This document shows positions 20,493 through 30,366 of a stretch of DNA of 64,000 bases, in pieces. A model generated the notes under the pieces. The model did no database searches and was not told the DNA's origin. It was given only the letters and a program-made list of their open reading frames with translations. Origin of the DNA: a virus (taxonomy: Duplodnaviria > Caudoviricetes); the IMG/VR virus record IMGVR_UViG_3300029288_000071, positions 1-64,000 of that record; one strand, 5' to 3'. A program made the translations under genes and the position numbers. Within the stretch, counting starts at the first letter, position 1. The number at the start of each line of letters is the position of its first letter.

Positions 20493-21497
20493 TTATTCTA
20501 ATCTAGATAATTGATCAGCATTTATATTGATATAAAGCTTATTTTTTCCTAAAGTTATCCAAATAATTTCAGTATTATGTTGTTTGTTAAATGGTGTATC
20601 AAATTTAGAAATACTTTTGAAAGTGATATTCTGACCAGTAATTGTTGAATCAAAAGTTATCCAATATCCCAAACACTTTTCATGAGATTTCCAAATTCTA
20701 TTTTCAACATGAAATATTGAATCAGGTAGAATTGGAATATAACTATCATAATAATGATAATTTTTACATATTATTTCCAATGCTTTTTCTTGAGAGATAT
20801 TTTCATGTGATGTCACTCGATAAATTTTTATGGTTTGCACAGACCGGAGTAATGGATATTTTGTGTCAGCACCTTCAAGATAAAAATGCCGTTCTTTTGT
20901 TTGCTTTGATGTAGTATATGTAGTTTCTCTATTTTGTCCAACATTGTGAAGTAGTGTAAATGCTTTATATTTCCCAAGATAAAGTACTTTGGATTTATTG
21001 GGAAACTCAACAATATCACCAATCTTCAATGAAGAGGGTTTTACTAAAGATTTTGTTTTTGTTTCTAACATTCTTTTAGTATCAGCAATAGCTTCTTGAT
21101 ACAAATCAGAATTAGTAGGAATAAGAATCAACTTACTCCCTTCATGAGCAAGAATCATTTTTTCAGTAAACTCATTCTTTACAATATCACAATGATCTAA
21201 AATTTTTGTTAAATTATTGACTGATATTTCAAATACAAAACCTTCTGGATGTTCAATATAAAGCATTGAGCGGCCACTGCCAAACCAATCTCGACTTCTT
21301 TTTGTATCTCCAAAAATCTTAAATCCTGATTTTGGCTGATTATCAATTTCTTTTATAGCAATGTGATGATCTCTCCAGGAATCAAAACTTCTAAGAGTTT
21401 TATCTTTTACTATATAAGCTAAAAGAAATTTTTCTTTTGATTCTTCATTGGTTCTTTTGTTGAACCCAACATAAAATTTTTCACTAATTTTGAGCAT
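20493..21497 (-). CDS. Hypothetical phage protein
   Basis: 334-aa ORF; N.PKSGFKI, HPEGF.FEISV.NL. Confidence 0.7.
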   Translation of the reverse strand: MLKISEKFYVGFNKRTNEESKEKFLLAYIVKDKTLRSFDSWRDHHIAIKEIDNQPKSGFKIFGDTKRSRDWFGSGRSMLYIEHPEGFVFEISVNNLTKILDHCDIVKNEFTEKMILAHEGSKLILIPTNSDLYQEAIADTKRMLETKTKSLVKPSSLKIGDIVEFPNKSKVLYLGKYKAFTLLHNVGQNRETTYTTSKQTKERHFYLEGADTKYPLLRSVQTIKIYRVTSHENISQEKALEIICKNYHYYDSYIPILPDSIFHVENRIWKSHEKCLGYWITFDSTITGQNITFKSISKFDTPFNKQHNTEIIWITLGKNKLYININADQLSRLE

Positions 21498-21593
21498 TTA
21501 CACCTCTACTACTTATCTCTACTTTTATTTGTTTAATTCTTCTTCTATTGGTATATGTATTTCAACTTGATTTTGTTCCATTTTCTTTTCTTT

Positions 21594-22397
21594 CTATTTA
21601 GTCATAAGCATTCTTTGAACAAGAGCTTTTCCATTATATTCTATTCGAGCAAAATAAACACCGGAAGCTAACTTTGATCCATCAAATTTTACCACAATAG
21701 TTCCAATTGCATTTCCTGAATATAATGTTGCAACTTCTTGGCCTACAACATTGTATACTTTTAAAGAAACATAACCTGATTTTGGAACTGAAAATTGAAT
21801 ATGAGTGCTTGGGTTAAACGGATTCGGATAGTTTGCACTCAAATGTAATTTATTTGGAAGATTTCCACCATCTTCGACACTTGATGTTGGCGGAGTAGTT
21901 GTAGTATCTATAGGTGGAACACTTGTTGTATCAACAGGTGGATCTATTACTGGAGGCACTGAAGTTGTGTCAACAGGTGGATCTATTACTGGAGGCTCTA
22001 TTACTGGAGGCACTGAAATTATTTGAACAGTTGGATAATAGTATGCCAAAGTTGCATCATTATCTATTTGTTTCAATCGATAAGTGTTACCTTCATATGT
22101 ACTTCTAAGAGCACATTCATAAGAATATGAAGCTCCACCATTATCTGGGCTTTTGAATCTTAATCTTCCTGAAACCATATTATCAGGAATTGCAAGCCAA
22201 TTTCCAGGCTCATTGTAACAATTCCATTCTAGAAGAAATCCGTAACTATTTGTTTCAGAAGAAGTAGTCCATTCAAAAATAACTTTTGAATTAACTGAGT
22301 CAATTGTCTGAACAAATGAAGACATTTGAACTCCAGCAAAAACAAGATTAAGTCCAACTAGACTTAACAAAACCAGTAACAAAGATAACTTTTTCAT
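21594..22397 (-). CDS. Secreted protein with T9SS type A-like C-terminal sorting domain
   Basis: Signal peptide MKKLSLLL...VFA; W.T.SETN..GF...YRLKQID.D domain; Pro-rich linker; NYPNPFNPST...LKVYN..GQEVATL...LASGVYF...MLMTK. Confidence 0.85.
   Translation of the reverse strand: MKKLSLLLVLLSLVGLNLVFAGVQMSSFVQTIDSVNSKVIFEWTTSSETNSYGFLLEWNCYNEPGNWLAIPDNMVSGRLRFKSPDNGGASYSYECALRSTYEGNTYRLKQIDNDATLAYYYPTVQIISVPPVIEPPVIDPPVDTTSVPPVIDPPVDTTSVPPIDTTTTPPTSSVEDGGNLPNKLHLSANYPNPFNPSTHIQFSVPKSGYVSLKVYNVVGQEVATLYSGNAIGTIVVKFDGSKLASGVYFARIEYNGKALVQRMLMTK
21915..22014 (-). repeat. Coding repeats PPVI(D/E)PPVDTTSV
   Basis: Direct repeats of tcaacaggtggatctattactggaggc. Confidence 0.8.
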
Positions 22398-22439
22398 TGT
22401 AAATCTCCTTAAGTATATGATTATCAAATTGTTATAGAT

Positions 22440-22468
22440 AATTTAATACTTAACTACTTAACAGTAAA
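22440..22468 (-). promoter_or_regulatory. Early promoter of the T9SS cargo gene
   Basis: TTTACT-GTTAAGTAGTTAAGTAT-TAAATT. Confidence 0.8.
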
Positions 22469-22485
22469 TACATGACAGCAATTTT

Positions 22486-22770
22486 TTAATTCATCCCTGT
22501 TTCTAACTGAGATATTGCTTTATAAAAACAATCTTCATCTGAACCTTTTTTATAAAAAGTATATCCAGAAAGATCATCTACTGGGATAAAGGGTCCCAAA
22601 TCATCTGTGGGCAATTTAACAATTTGGCTCTGATCAAATTCAAAAATAATTCCACCAGATAATAAATCTTTTTTAGTGTACTCAATTTTTCTTTTATGAA
22701 ATTGAGTTTCAATACTATCAAATTCAAACCTATTGCCACTTGGTAAACAAATACAAAATGTATCACTCAT
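22486..22770 (-). CDS. Hypothetical protein
   Basis: ORF track. Confidence 0.55.
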   Translation of the reverse strand: MSDTFCICLPSGNRFEFDSIETQFHKRKIEYTKKDLLSGGIIFEFDQSQIVKLPTDDLGPFIPVDDLSGYTFYKKGSDEDCFYKAISQLETGMN

Positions 22771-22783
22771 TTTAATTATCTTT

Positions 22784-22978
22784 TCAATTATGCATTATTA
22801 TATGACTTAACCTATCAAGAACTAAAGTTTTACCATTATATTGGTTAATAAAATCTTCTACATATTCAAAGCTATTTGCTTCAGCAATTATTTTTGCTTC
22901 ATTTTCAGGCATAATGACTTCTTTACCACCATGAGTATTTTTATAAATTACTCCTAATTTTATTACTATTTCACGCAT
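22784..22978 (-). CDS. Hypothetical protein
   Basis: GGAG SD. Confidence 0.55.
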   Translation of the reverse strand: MREIVIKLGVIYKNTHGGKEVIMPENEAKIIAEANSFEYVEDFINQYNGKTLVLDRLSHIIMHN

Positions 22979-23157
22979 ACTTTACTCCAAAAATCTCTAT
23001 TCTAAAATATCTTCAACAAAAAGTTCTTTTTCTTCTGATTTTTCTTTTAATTGCTTAACTATTTCTGCTTTTTGTTTAGCTTCTTTTTTAGTAAGCTTTA
23101 TTACTTTAAAAGGAGCTTGTTTAGCTCTTCTTCCTTCTTTTTTTAACTTTACAAATT

Positions 23158-23511
23158 TCATATTGAACTTTTGTTATAATGTTTTCTTAAGAAAATCTTT
23201 AATCTTTCTAAAATCGCAAGTTTAGTAATTTGATGAATTAAATCTGTTCCTTTTAGGAAAGCTTTATTTACTATCATCATTATAATACTTAAAACAATTA
23301 TAAAAAAGAAACTTATTTCAACATAAAAAATACAATGAAATATAAAAACCATAGCAAAACAATAAATTAAAGTATGAATAAAGAGAATAATATTCTTTTT
23401 TATTAATTCTATTTTGATGATTTTAGCAATTTTTATAGCTATTTTAAAATCAGAATCAGAATCTACTAATTGAAGTAATTCATCTAGTTCATTTTTATTT
23501 AAAGAATCCAT
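23158..23511 (-). CDS. Membrane protein
   Basis: Two TM helices. Confidence 0.55.
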   Translation of the reverse strand: MDSLNKNELDELLQLVDSDSDFKIAIKIAKIIKIELIKKNIILFIHTLIYCFAMVFIFHCIFYVEISFFFIIVLSIIMMIVNKAFLKGTDLIHQITKLAILERLKIFLRKHYNKSSI

Positions 23512-23677
23512 TTACTTTTCTCTATTTTTCATATAATTAGGAATTTCATCAGGAGTATATCTTGGATTTTCAATAAAAATTTTAGTGCACTGTCCAGCAG
23601 AATCTATTTCAATTTTTTCTTTTGAACATTGATTCTTTTTATTCCATTTACATTTTTTAAGACTACATTGTATTATT

Positions 23678-23920
23678 TCAATTTTTTTCATTTTTTGATT
23701 CTTCAATTTTGATACATTTGATCCAATTATCTCCTTTTTCTCCATGAGAAATACAATTTTTACAATCAAAACAAGCTGCTGAACCTATCCGTATTTGATT
23801 TTGATTGTTCTTAGGTTCTGGACAAAAATCTAAACAAAAATGATTTTCTTTACGATAATAATGTTTTTTTAAAGTATCATAACCTATTTTACTCATTAAT
23901 ATGCGTATTTTTTTGTTCAT
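23678..23920 (-). CDS. Cys-rich protein with N-terminal KIGY motif
   Basis: IRILMSKIGY; IGSAACFDC. Confidence 0.6.
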   Translation of the reverse strand: MNKKIRILMSKIGYDTLKKHYYRKENHFCLDFCPEPKNNQNQIRIGSAACFDCKNCISHGEKGDNWIKCIKIEESKNEKN

Positions 23921-24189
23921 TTTTCTTTTATTCTAAATCTTTTTGATTCATTTTGATGAATTGTTTTTAAAACATTACCTTGAACAACCATTATCCATCC
24001 ACCATATTCTAAATAAGTTGCCGGTTTTAATCCATGATTCAACAATTGAACTGCTCCATAGTTACCAACAGGTCTAGCTTCTTTAGAATGATTAATGAAA
24101 AATGTTAATTGTTCTATTATATGCTGATTAGATTTTCTTGAACCACTTCTTTTTTTAAATTGTTCAATTGCATGATGAGAAATTATCAT
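23917..24189 (-). CDS. Small basic protein, possible RelE-like fold
   Basis: IISHHAIEQF..R ... VLKTIH. Confidence 0.4.
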   Translation of the reverse strand: MIISHHAIEQFKKRSGSRKSNQHIIEQLTFFINHSKEARPVGNYGAVQLLNHGLKPATYLEYGGWIMVVQGNVLKTIHQNESKRFRIKEK

Positions 24190-24198
24190 TTTAATTGC

Positions 24199-24627
24199 CT
24201 AGAATTTAGGATAATATTTGCAATATTTTTCGTGAATCTTTTTACCAGTATTTAAATCAATATAACAATTACAATCATCTTCCTCTACTCGAATATCAAT
24301 ACAATTACCATCATTATCAAATTCATAGTTGGATAAAATTTCTTTTAATACAGTTGGATCAACTCTTATACCATCAATTTCAAAGCATTTTCCATCCCAT
24401 TGAATATTAACTGAGGGATCTTCAACAATTACAGGTTCAAACTTATTAGTTGAATGAAAATAACCATTTTGATTCTTTAATTGAATAAATCCATTTGAGC
24501 CCAACCTTTCAATTTCATACACTTCACCTAGTTTCAAACCATCAAGTGCGCTGAATTCATCCTTTTCTGAAACATCAGAAAAAGAAATAAGTCTTACTTT
24601 TTCATTTATAGTAAAAGAATGATGCAT
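24199..24627 (-). CDS. Hypothetical protein
   Basis: ORF track. Confidence 0.6.
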   Translation of the reverse strand: MHHSFTINEKVRLISFSDVSEKDEFSALDGLKLGEVYEIERLGSNGFIQLKNQNGYFHSTNKFEPVIVEDPSVNIQWDGKCFEIDGIRVDPTVLKEILSNYEFDNDGNCIDIRVEEDDCNCYIDLNTGKKIHEKYCKYYPKF

Positions 24628-25085
24628 TATATTATTCCGCTTACTTCTGATCCATTTTTAGAATGTTTTATTAGAATATCAACAGAAACTTTCCAAATTT
24701 TCTTTGTTAATGTGTCTTGAATTATAACTGGATATTTTTGTTTTCTAGTGCTATAAATTCCAAGAACTTCATATATACGATTTTTAGGTAGTCCAGTTAA
24801 GCTCATTCTGTATTTTTTATGTAATATTTCTTTTGGAACTAAATGTTTTTTACATTTATTATCCCAATCGAATTCATATTTACTTACAGGAACATAAGCT
24901 CCTTCAACTGAAGGATCTTCATGCATAAGTTGTAAATCTACGTAAAAAGTGCCAGAATCTCCATGAACTCTCAAATCGCGAATTTTACAATCAATGCCCA
25001 AAACATCAGACATTTGTTTGAGAACATCATTAAATTCAGCAATAATTAAATCTTGTTGCTGTTTTATATTATGAATAAGAGCCAA
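24627..25085 (-). CDS. Hypothetical protein
   Basis: AAGGAG SD; first gene after promoter. Confidence 0.65.
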   Translation of the reverse strand: MALIHNIKQQQDLIIAEFNDVLKQMSDVLGIDCKIRDLRVHGDSGTFYVDLQLMHEDPSVEGAYVPVSKYEFDWDNKCKKHLVPKEILHKKYRMSLTGLPKNRIYEVLGIYSTRKQKYPVIIQDTLTKKIWKVSVDILIKHSKNGSEVSGII

Positions 25086-25113
25086 TTTTATTCTCCTTTC
25101 TTAATGTTAAGAT

Positions 25114-25142
25114 AATTTAACATTTAGAAAAATGAAAGTAAA
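25114..25142 (-). promoter_or_regulatory. Early promoter
   Basis: TTTACT-N17-TAAATT. Confidence 0.7.
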
Positions 25143-25152
25143 TAAGTCACAA

Positions 25153-25449
25153 TTATTTAGTGATTTCATTTTTAAATTCTTTCCATCTATCTTTAACAAA
25201 CAACTTTGCTTTTTCAATATCATTTGTAGGAATTGCATGTTCTGCACCACTTCCCTCAAATCTTAAGAAAACAGACCAATGCCCATTTTTATCATTTTTC
25301 TTTGCCGAAACTTTAGTGCTTTTCTTGTAAGATCGCCAAACAATCAAAGCAACTTGAGCTTGTCCACATCTAACTTCAATATTTCGTTTCCAATGAATAT
25401 CATAACATGGAATCCACTTTAATGGCTTGAATTTCATAAAGTTTCTCAC
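25153..25449 (-). CDS. Hypothetical protein
   Basis: ORF track. Confidence 0.55.
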   Translation of the reverse strand: MRNFMKFKPLKWIPCYDIHWKRNIEVRCGQAQVALIVWRSYKKSTKVSAKKNDKNGHWSVFLRFEGSGAEHAIPTNDIEKAKLFVKDRWKEFKNEITK

Positions 25450-25450
25450 T

Positions 25451-25729
25451 TCAATGTTCAGGATAACCTAAGTTCTTCATAAGTTTTTTAACTTCAAAAT
25501 CTTCACAATTTTTCATAAAGCATTGAGCTTGTACATTATCAAAATAAAAACCAGTTCTTATTTCTTGTACACTGATTAATTTAACTTCTCCTTTTGAAAT
25601 AAGATTAATATTTTTTACACAATATAGTTCACCTATAGTTAAATCAAAGTGAAATTTTCCTTCTTTGTCTGCAATTCCTGTAAAGCCCCGCTCAATACAT
25701 CTAAGATATTGACCAATTTTTATTTGCAT
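25451..25729 (-). CDS. Hypothetical protein with C-terminal GY tag
   Basis: ...VKKLMKNLGYPEH*. Confidence 0.6.
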   Translation of the reverse strand: MQIKIGQYLRCIERGFTGIADKEGKFHFDLTIGELYCVKNINLISKGEVKLISVQEIRTGFYFDNVQAQCFMKNCEDFEVKKLMKNLGYPEH

Positions 25730-26073
25730 GATTCATAACCTAAATTTTTTAAGTGTTTCTTAATTGGATCTCTTTCAATTATTTCAATATCATTTTTTGT
25801 AATATGATAAGAATGAGGAAAAATTTTGTTCACTATTCTTTTATCTGGTTTAAATCGTTTTACTCCACAGTACTTACAATATTGAATCTTTCTATGTTGA
25901 ACTAATGGATATAAAGGAGCTAATGCTTTAATAGGATTTACCCAAGAATGTCTTTTGTGCTTTTTCTTTGGGTATGGAACTCTGCAATAAATACATCTTT
26001 TTGATTTAGATTTTCCAAAGACTTTCCAACGATGACGTTTAGTTATTCCATTTATTTGAATACAAGGTTTCAT
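25720..26073 (-). CDS. His/Cys protein with C-terminal GY tag
   Basis: H.W..CxxC repeats; ...IKKHLKNLGYESCK*. Confidence 0.6.
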   Translation of the reverse strand: MKPCIQINGITKRHRWKVFGKSKSKRCIYCRVPYPKKKHKRHSWVNPIKALAPLYPLVQHRKIQYCKYCGVKRFKPDKRIVNKIFPHSYHITKNDIEIIERDPIKKHLKNLGYESCK

Positions 26074-26363
26074 TTATATCCCATTTTTGCTGTTAAAAAT
26101 TTAATTTCACAATTTATGAGATCACTTTCTTCTTTAATTATAACACAATCTCGTTTTAAAATTATCCCACAACCATTAGTATCAACTGGAATACACTTAT
26201 CCAAATTTAATTTTTGTTCAACAAGAAAATCAACAGATGTTTCATTTCCATTTCTAACTTTAAAAGTATGAAGAACATATTTGTTATACCAACAATTTTT
26301 ACCTTCATAAGCAGTATTTTGAAATATTTTTATGAAGAAAAAATCATTGCTGTTCATATCCAA
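26070..26363 (-). CDS. Hypothetical protein with C-terminal GY tag
   Basis: ...IKFLTAKMGYK*. Confidence 0.6.
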   Translation of the reverse strand: MDMNSNDFFFIKIFQNTAYEGKNCWYNKYVLHTFKVRNGNETSVDFLVEQKLNLDKCIPVDTNGCGIILKRDCVIIKEESDLINCEIKFLTAKMGYK

Positions 26364-26775
26364 TTCTTTCCATTAATTTAAACACATTGATATCTTCAGG
26401 ATATTTCATTTCACCACTTTCAATACTATAATCAATAGTCATATTTTTACTAAGAATCATATAACTTCCATTTTCTCTTAAATAAATTGCTCCATATTTG
26501 TGTAAGCTTTGAATTTTACTAAGCAAAATTTTCATTTCTAACTCAGAGCTAACTTCTAAACCAGATTTTCCAAAATTATTTTGATAAACTTTCATCCAAT
26601 TGCCCCAAACAGTTTTAGAACCTCCTTCTTTTATAAAGTCATAAATTCCTTTTTTTACTTCTTGTTGCATGAAAATTTCTGAATGTTCTATTAACAATTC
26701 TTCATTATCACATTTCAACATAAAAGGATAACTAATTTGAGTTTTAGGATCAAATATTTTTTCAAAAGTATACAT
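26344..26775 (-). CDS. Hypothetical protein with C-terminal GY tag
   Basis: Start moved to MYTFEK; ...VFKLMERIGYEQQ*. Confidence 0.6.
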   Translation of the reverse strand: MYTFEKIFDPKTQISYPFMLKCDNEELLIEHSEIFMQQEVKKGIYDFIKEGGSKTVWGNWMKVYQNNFGKSGLEVSSELEMKILLSKIQSLHKYGAIYLRENGSYMILSKNMTIDYSIESGEMKYPEDINVFKLMERIGYEQQ

Positions 26776-26785
26776 TTTGTTTTCT

Positions 26786-26977
26786 TCAATCTTCTTCTTT
26801 TTCAAATTCTCCATCTGCGTCAATATGCTTAGGGGGCCACCCATTTTTTGAAATATCTAAATGGCGTAGATATCGTCTTATAAGCTTATAGGGAATTTGA
26901 AAAATTATCTCAATAATCATAACAAATCCTATAAACCTCCAAAAATCTCCAAATATCCATTTTAAAAAATCAAGCAT
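26786..26977 (-). CDS. Small membrane protein
   Basis: TM helix; GWPP.H.DADG. Confidence 0.65.
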   Translation of the reverse strand: MLDFLKWIFGDFWRFIGFVMIIEIIFQIPYKLIRRYLRHLDISKNGWPPKHIDADGEFEKEED

Positions 26978-26989
26978 AATATTCCTTTC

Positions 26990-27316
26990 CTAACAAGTTA
27001 CTATTCTTGAATCATTTTTATAGCCTATTCTCTCTAAAGATGCAGCAATTTCTAATTCTTCCGTATTCAGTAACTTATGTTCTGTTTTACTTTCCAAAAT
27101 AACAAATTCTCCAAAATATCTTTCAAACACAGACAAAAGTACAATGTAAGTACCTGATTTCATTTCATTTAAAATCTTTGAAGTTTCTTCAGGACTTAAT
27201 CCCATAGAATTAGCTAATCTTTTAGCATATCCTAAAAGAACAAAAGCATTACCATCTGGCCCATCTAAATCAATAATAAGCTTTTGTGAAGAATTAGATT
27301 TTTTTGTTCTTAACAT
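26990..27316 (-). CDS. Conserved-type phage protein with appended GY tag
   Basis: IDLDGPDGNAFVLLG; ...IAASLERIGY. Confidence 0.7.
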   Translation of the reverse strand: MLRTKKSNSSQKLIIDLDGPDGNAFVLLGYAKRLANSMGLSPEETSKILNEMKSGTYIVLLSVFERYFGEFVILESKTEHKLLNTEELEIAASLERIGYKNDSRIVTC

Positions 27317-27342
27317 AAGCTACTCCTTATTTTGTTAAATAT

Positions 27343-27371
27343 AATCTAATACTTAACAGTGATAAAGTAAA
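27343..27371 (-). promoter_or_regulatory. Early promoter
   Basis: TTTACT-N17-TAGATT. Confidence 0.75.
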
Positions 27372-27400
27372 TAAGTGAGAAAAATAAAGTTGCCCTTTCT

Positions 27401-27823
27401 TCAAACTTTATTTGCTAGAACTTCTAAAAATTCAATAATCTTTGAAGTAGTAACTTTTTCTTTACTGCTACTACATACTACTTCATAACATGTACCTTTT
27501 TCATTTGCAGTAAGAAGAATCAATATTTCTCCTGGATAATACTCAATTGCCCAACAATGAAATTTGAATTCTCCTTGGAAAATAAATCGGTGTTTTGAGC
27601 CAAATAACTTAAGAAAAGCTTTACGATTATCTTTAAGAAGATTGCAATTCCTATTAAATTCAGCCAATATATTCTTTTTACTTGATAAGATGTTATTTTG
27701 CACTTTAAAAAACCACTTCCATACTTCAGGAAAATTTACAATAGGCTCAGCATCTATGTTCTGATACTTTTTTGATGTCATTGGTCTTGTTTTGTCTTTC
27801 ATACAACTCTCCTTTTTACTCAT
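27401..27823 (-). CDS. Hypothetical protein
   Basis: ORF track; SD. Confidence 0.6.
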   Translation of the reverse strand: MSKKESCMKDKTRPMTSKKYQNIDAEPIVNFPEVWKWFFKVQNNILSSKKNILAEFNRNCNLLKDNRKAFLKLFGSKHRFIFQGEFKFHCWAIEYYPGEILILLTANEKGTCYEVVCSSSKEKVTTSKIIEFLEVLANKV

Positions 27824-27841
27824 TGTTGCTCCTTTGCTCCT

Positions 27842-28024
27842 TTAATATCCACAAAACCCTGCATAGTCATCATCTTCAATGATCACCAAACTGAATTCTA
27901 CAACTACTTTATTTTGTTCTTGATCAACTTTCAGAACAGTAATGTCAGCTCCATCTTCATTAAAAGTTTCTAAAGCTTCTTCTAATAAATTTTTGATTTT
28001 CTCTTTTACTTTATCATCAGTCAT
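27842..28024 (-). CDS. Hypothetical protein
   Basis: ORF track. Confidence 0.55.
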   Translation of the reverse strand: MTDDKVKEKIKNLLEEALETFNEDGADITVLKVDQEQNKVVVEFSLVIIEDDDYAGFCGY

Positions 28025-28053
28025 TTTTACTTTCCTTCTTCCCTTTTAAAAGA

Positions 28054-28311
28054 TTAAGTTTTACTTACATCATATCCCATTTTCTTCATCAATACTAAAG
28101 TATGAAGATCATCTTTATTTAACTTGCTAAAATCTTCTACTCCCAGTTTTATTAGTTCTGCTCGGATCTTTCCAAATTCTAACCCAAACAGAAAGTTCAA
28201 ATCTTTAACAATTTGTCCAACTTCAGTAACCAATTGTTCAACTTCTTGATCACTCAAATCTTTAACATACTTTTCAATTTCAGCATCAGTATATTTCTTC
28301 TTCTCATTCAT
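28054..28311 (-). CDS. Hypothetical protein with C-terminal GY tag
   Basis: ...LVLMKKMGYDVSKT*. Confidence 0.6.
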   Translation of the reverse strand: MNEKKKYTDAEIEKYVKDLSDQEVEQLVTEVGQIVKDLNFLFGLEFGKIRAELIKLGVEDFSKLNKDDLHTLVLMKKMGYDVSKT

Positions 28312-28544
28312 TCAATTCTCCAAACTCTGATTCCAGTTACTTCTCCCTCTTTCCATTTCCGAACAGAAAATCTCTTAGGCCTTAAAATTGTAAAAGAACC
28401 TGATACTTTCTGGTTATTTACTCCAGAGATAAAAACACTATCTCCTACTTCCATTTTATAGAAAGGATATTTTCTAGGTTTTCCTTGACCTGCCCTAACA
28501 GGTCTTTCTATTCCCTTTTCAATTTTAAAAGTTTCTTCTAACAT
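28308..28544 (-). CDS. Small phage protein of the KYPF..MEVGDS type, possibly DNA-binding
   Basis: KYPF..MEVGDS...GIRVWRIE. Confidence 0.65.
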   Translation of the reverse strand: MLEETFKIEKGIERPVRAGQGKPRKYPFYKMEVGDSVFISGVNNQKVSGSFTILRPKRFSVRKWKEGEVTGIRVWRIE

Positions 28545-28570
28545 GTGATTCTCCTCTTTTAACTTAACAG

Positions 28571-29035
28571 CTATTTACTTTCTTTTACACTTATGATTAA
28601 TGTTCCAGACTTAACAGGAATTTCTATACTTGAATACTTTTGCTGCAGTGCTCCAAATAAAAGATCTACAATTTTCTTACTGAAATCTTCTAATTCAGCA
28701 GTATTGAATTCAACTTCAAAATTATTTTGTACTTTTTGAGATTTTGTATCTCTAAAGTAAGTATCCATCAACTCAATTTTTGTTCCCAAATCATTAATTA
28801 TCACTACATCAAATACATCACCAACTCCGATAATTTTCACTACTTTGTATTCTTTGTTAGGAGTAATATGACACCTTTTACACTGCTTAATATAATCTTC
28901 TTTAGACTTAGCAAAAATACTACCTTCAGAATAGTAATTTTCTTTATCATCAGGATCAGCACATACTACTGTAAAGTCAACTTCAATACTTCCAGTAAAT
29001 GGTAAATTTCTATCTACATCTTTTAATGAGTTCAT
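28571..29035 (-). CDS. Hypothetical protein
   Basis: AAGGAG SD. Confidence 0.6.
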   Translation of the reverse strand: MNSLKDVDRNLPFTGSIEVDFTVVCADPDDKENYYSEGSIFAKSKEDYIKQCKRCHITPNKEYKVVKIIGVGDVFDVVIINDLGTKIELMDTYFRDTKSQKVQNNFEVEFNTAELEDFSKKIVDLLFGALQQKYSSIEIPVKSGTLIISVKESK

Positions 29036-29260
29036 TATCTCTCCTTTATTTCATTTTAAATAAATTCTAACTATTTCAGAAGCATCTTTCCCTACATAAG
29101 TAGCGCATTTCTTTACTATCTTATCTATGTTTTTATCTTTATGCTTTTGAAAATACTTAGAAAACTTTTCCCAACTTTCTCTGCTTGGATGTGGCTTATT
29201 AAGAATAGAAAGAGATTAAGTAAGCTTATACCTGTTCAAGAATGGCTTAATAAAGTAGAA

Positions 29261-29635
29261 TTAGATGGTAAAGTTAAAGAGTTTCTTTCGAATAATAAGC
29301 GAATCATTGATCCTCCAGAATGTTTGAAAGATTTTAAGTATATTTCGCTTACTTTGATCAATATTCGGATTTTGCTTACTAACTCTTCTACCATCAGCTC
29401 GCTTAATTGAAATATAATAGCCACAATCACCCGCATCCAAGAATACTCCTTTTTCAGAAGTCTTAATGACTTTAGCATAATGCTTTTCTAAGCGATTATA
29501 CTTCTTACTAAGAATACTTGGAATCCTTTCAGATTTCTTATTATACCCTGCATAAGGATCTTCAAGTAAATCTCCTATCTGCATTTTCCGAATTCTGGTT
29601 TTATAGTGTGAACTTTTTCTAGGCCATAATTTCAT
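29261..29635 (-). CDS. Hypothetical protein
   Basis: ORF track. Confidence 0.55.
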   Translation of the reverse strand: MKLWPRKSSHYKTRIRKMQIGDLLEDPYAGYNKKSERIPSILSKKYNRLEKHYAKVIKTSEKGVFLDAGDCGYYISIKRADGRRVSKQNPNIDQSKRNILKIFQTFWRINDSLIIRKKLFNFTI

Positions 29636-29805
29636 TTTTTGAATCTCTTCTATCTATTATACCAAATAATTGTATCAAATTCATCACTCCGAATAGAGCC
29701 ATACTTAAGGTCGCTTGGATATAACAAACAAGATACCCGTCTATAAATGCAATTACTATTATATTGGCATCTTATTCCTCCGGTCATTGTTTCTTTAACC
29801 ATTCC

Positions 29806-29997
29806 TCAACGTATTTTTATATCTTTTGCATTTGTATTTTCTAATAATAATTTTATTAATCCGTTTGTAAAAGTGGCTTGAACTCTACTCCCTTCGTCTC
29901 TGGATAGTTCTGAATGAACCATTTTAACACTTATGACAATATTTGTACTGCCATATCTGCCGGAATTTTTTGCTATGACTGTTGTTGTATTTTTCAT
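29806..29997 (-). CDS. Hypothetical protein flanked by a 19-bp direct repeat
   Basis: ATTGTTTCTTTAACCATTC at 29786 and 30013. Confidence 0.55.
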   Translation of the reverse strand: MKNTTTVIAKNSGRYGSTNIVISVKMVHSELSRDEGSRVQATFTNGLIKLLLENTNAKDIKIR

Positions 29998-30141
29998 AAT
30001 ATTATTCCTTTTATTGTTTCTTTAACCATTCGATAAATCCTATCGTTTTTCATCAATCATGATTTACTTTCTTTTTATAAAGTCATTAAGTCTTAAGTAG
30101 GGTGCGTTAAGTAGCCTGAGCCCACTCTCTTAAGTAGAGAT

Positions 30142-30345
30142 CTAATCTTTCTTTGTTCCCATGAAAAAATTATAGTTGAAAATTTTGTTCCACTTTACTT
30201 TTTTGAGAAATGGCAAATTACTGTTAATGCACCAAAGTATTGCACAAAACCAGCCTTGTGCATTGATTGAATCTCCATTTCGAATTGTTTCAATCAAGTT
30301 TAGCATTGCGATAATGATAAAAAATATTGAGATAATTTGTATCAT
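30142..30345 (-). CDS. Small membrane protein
   Basis: Hydrophobic ORF. Confidence 0.5.
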   Translation of the reverse strand: MIQIISIFFIIIAMLNLIETIRNGDSINAQGWFCAILWCINSNLPFLKKVKWNKIFNYNFFMGTKKD

Positions 30346-30366
30346 TTTTTGTTTTCCTTTTTCATT

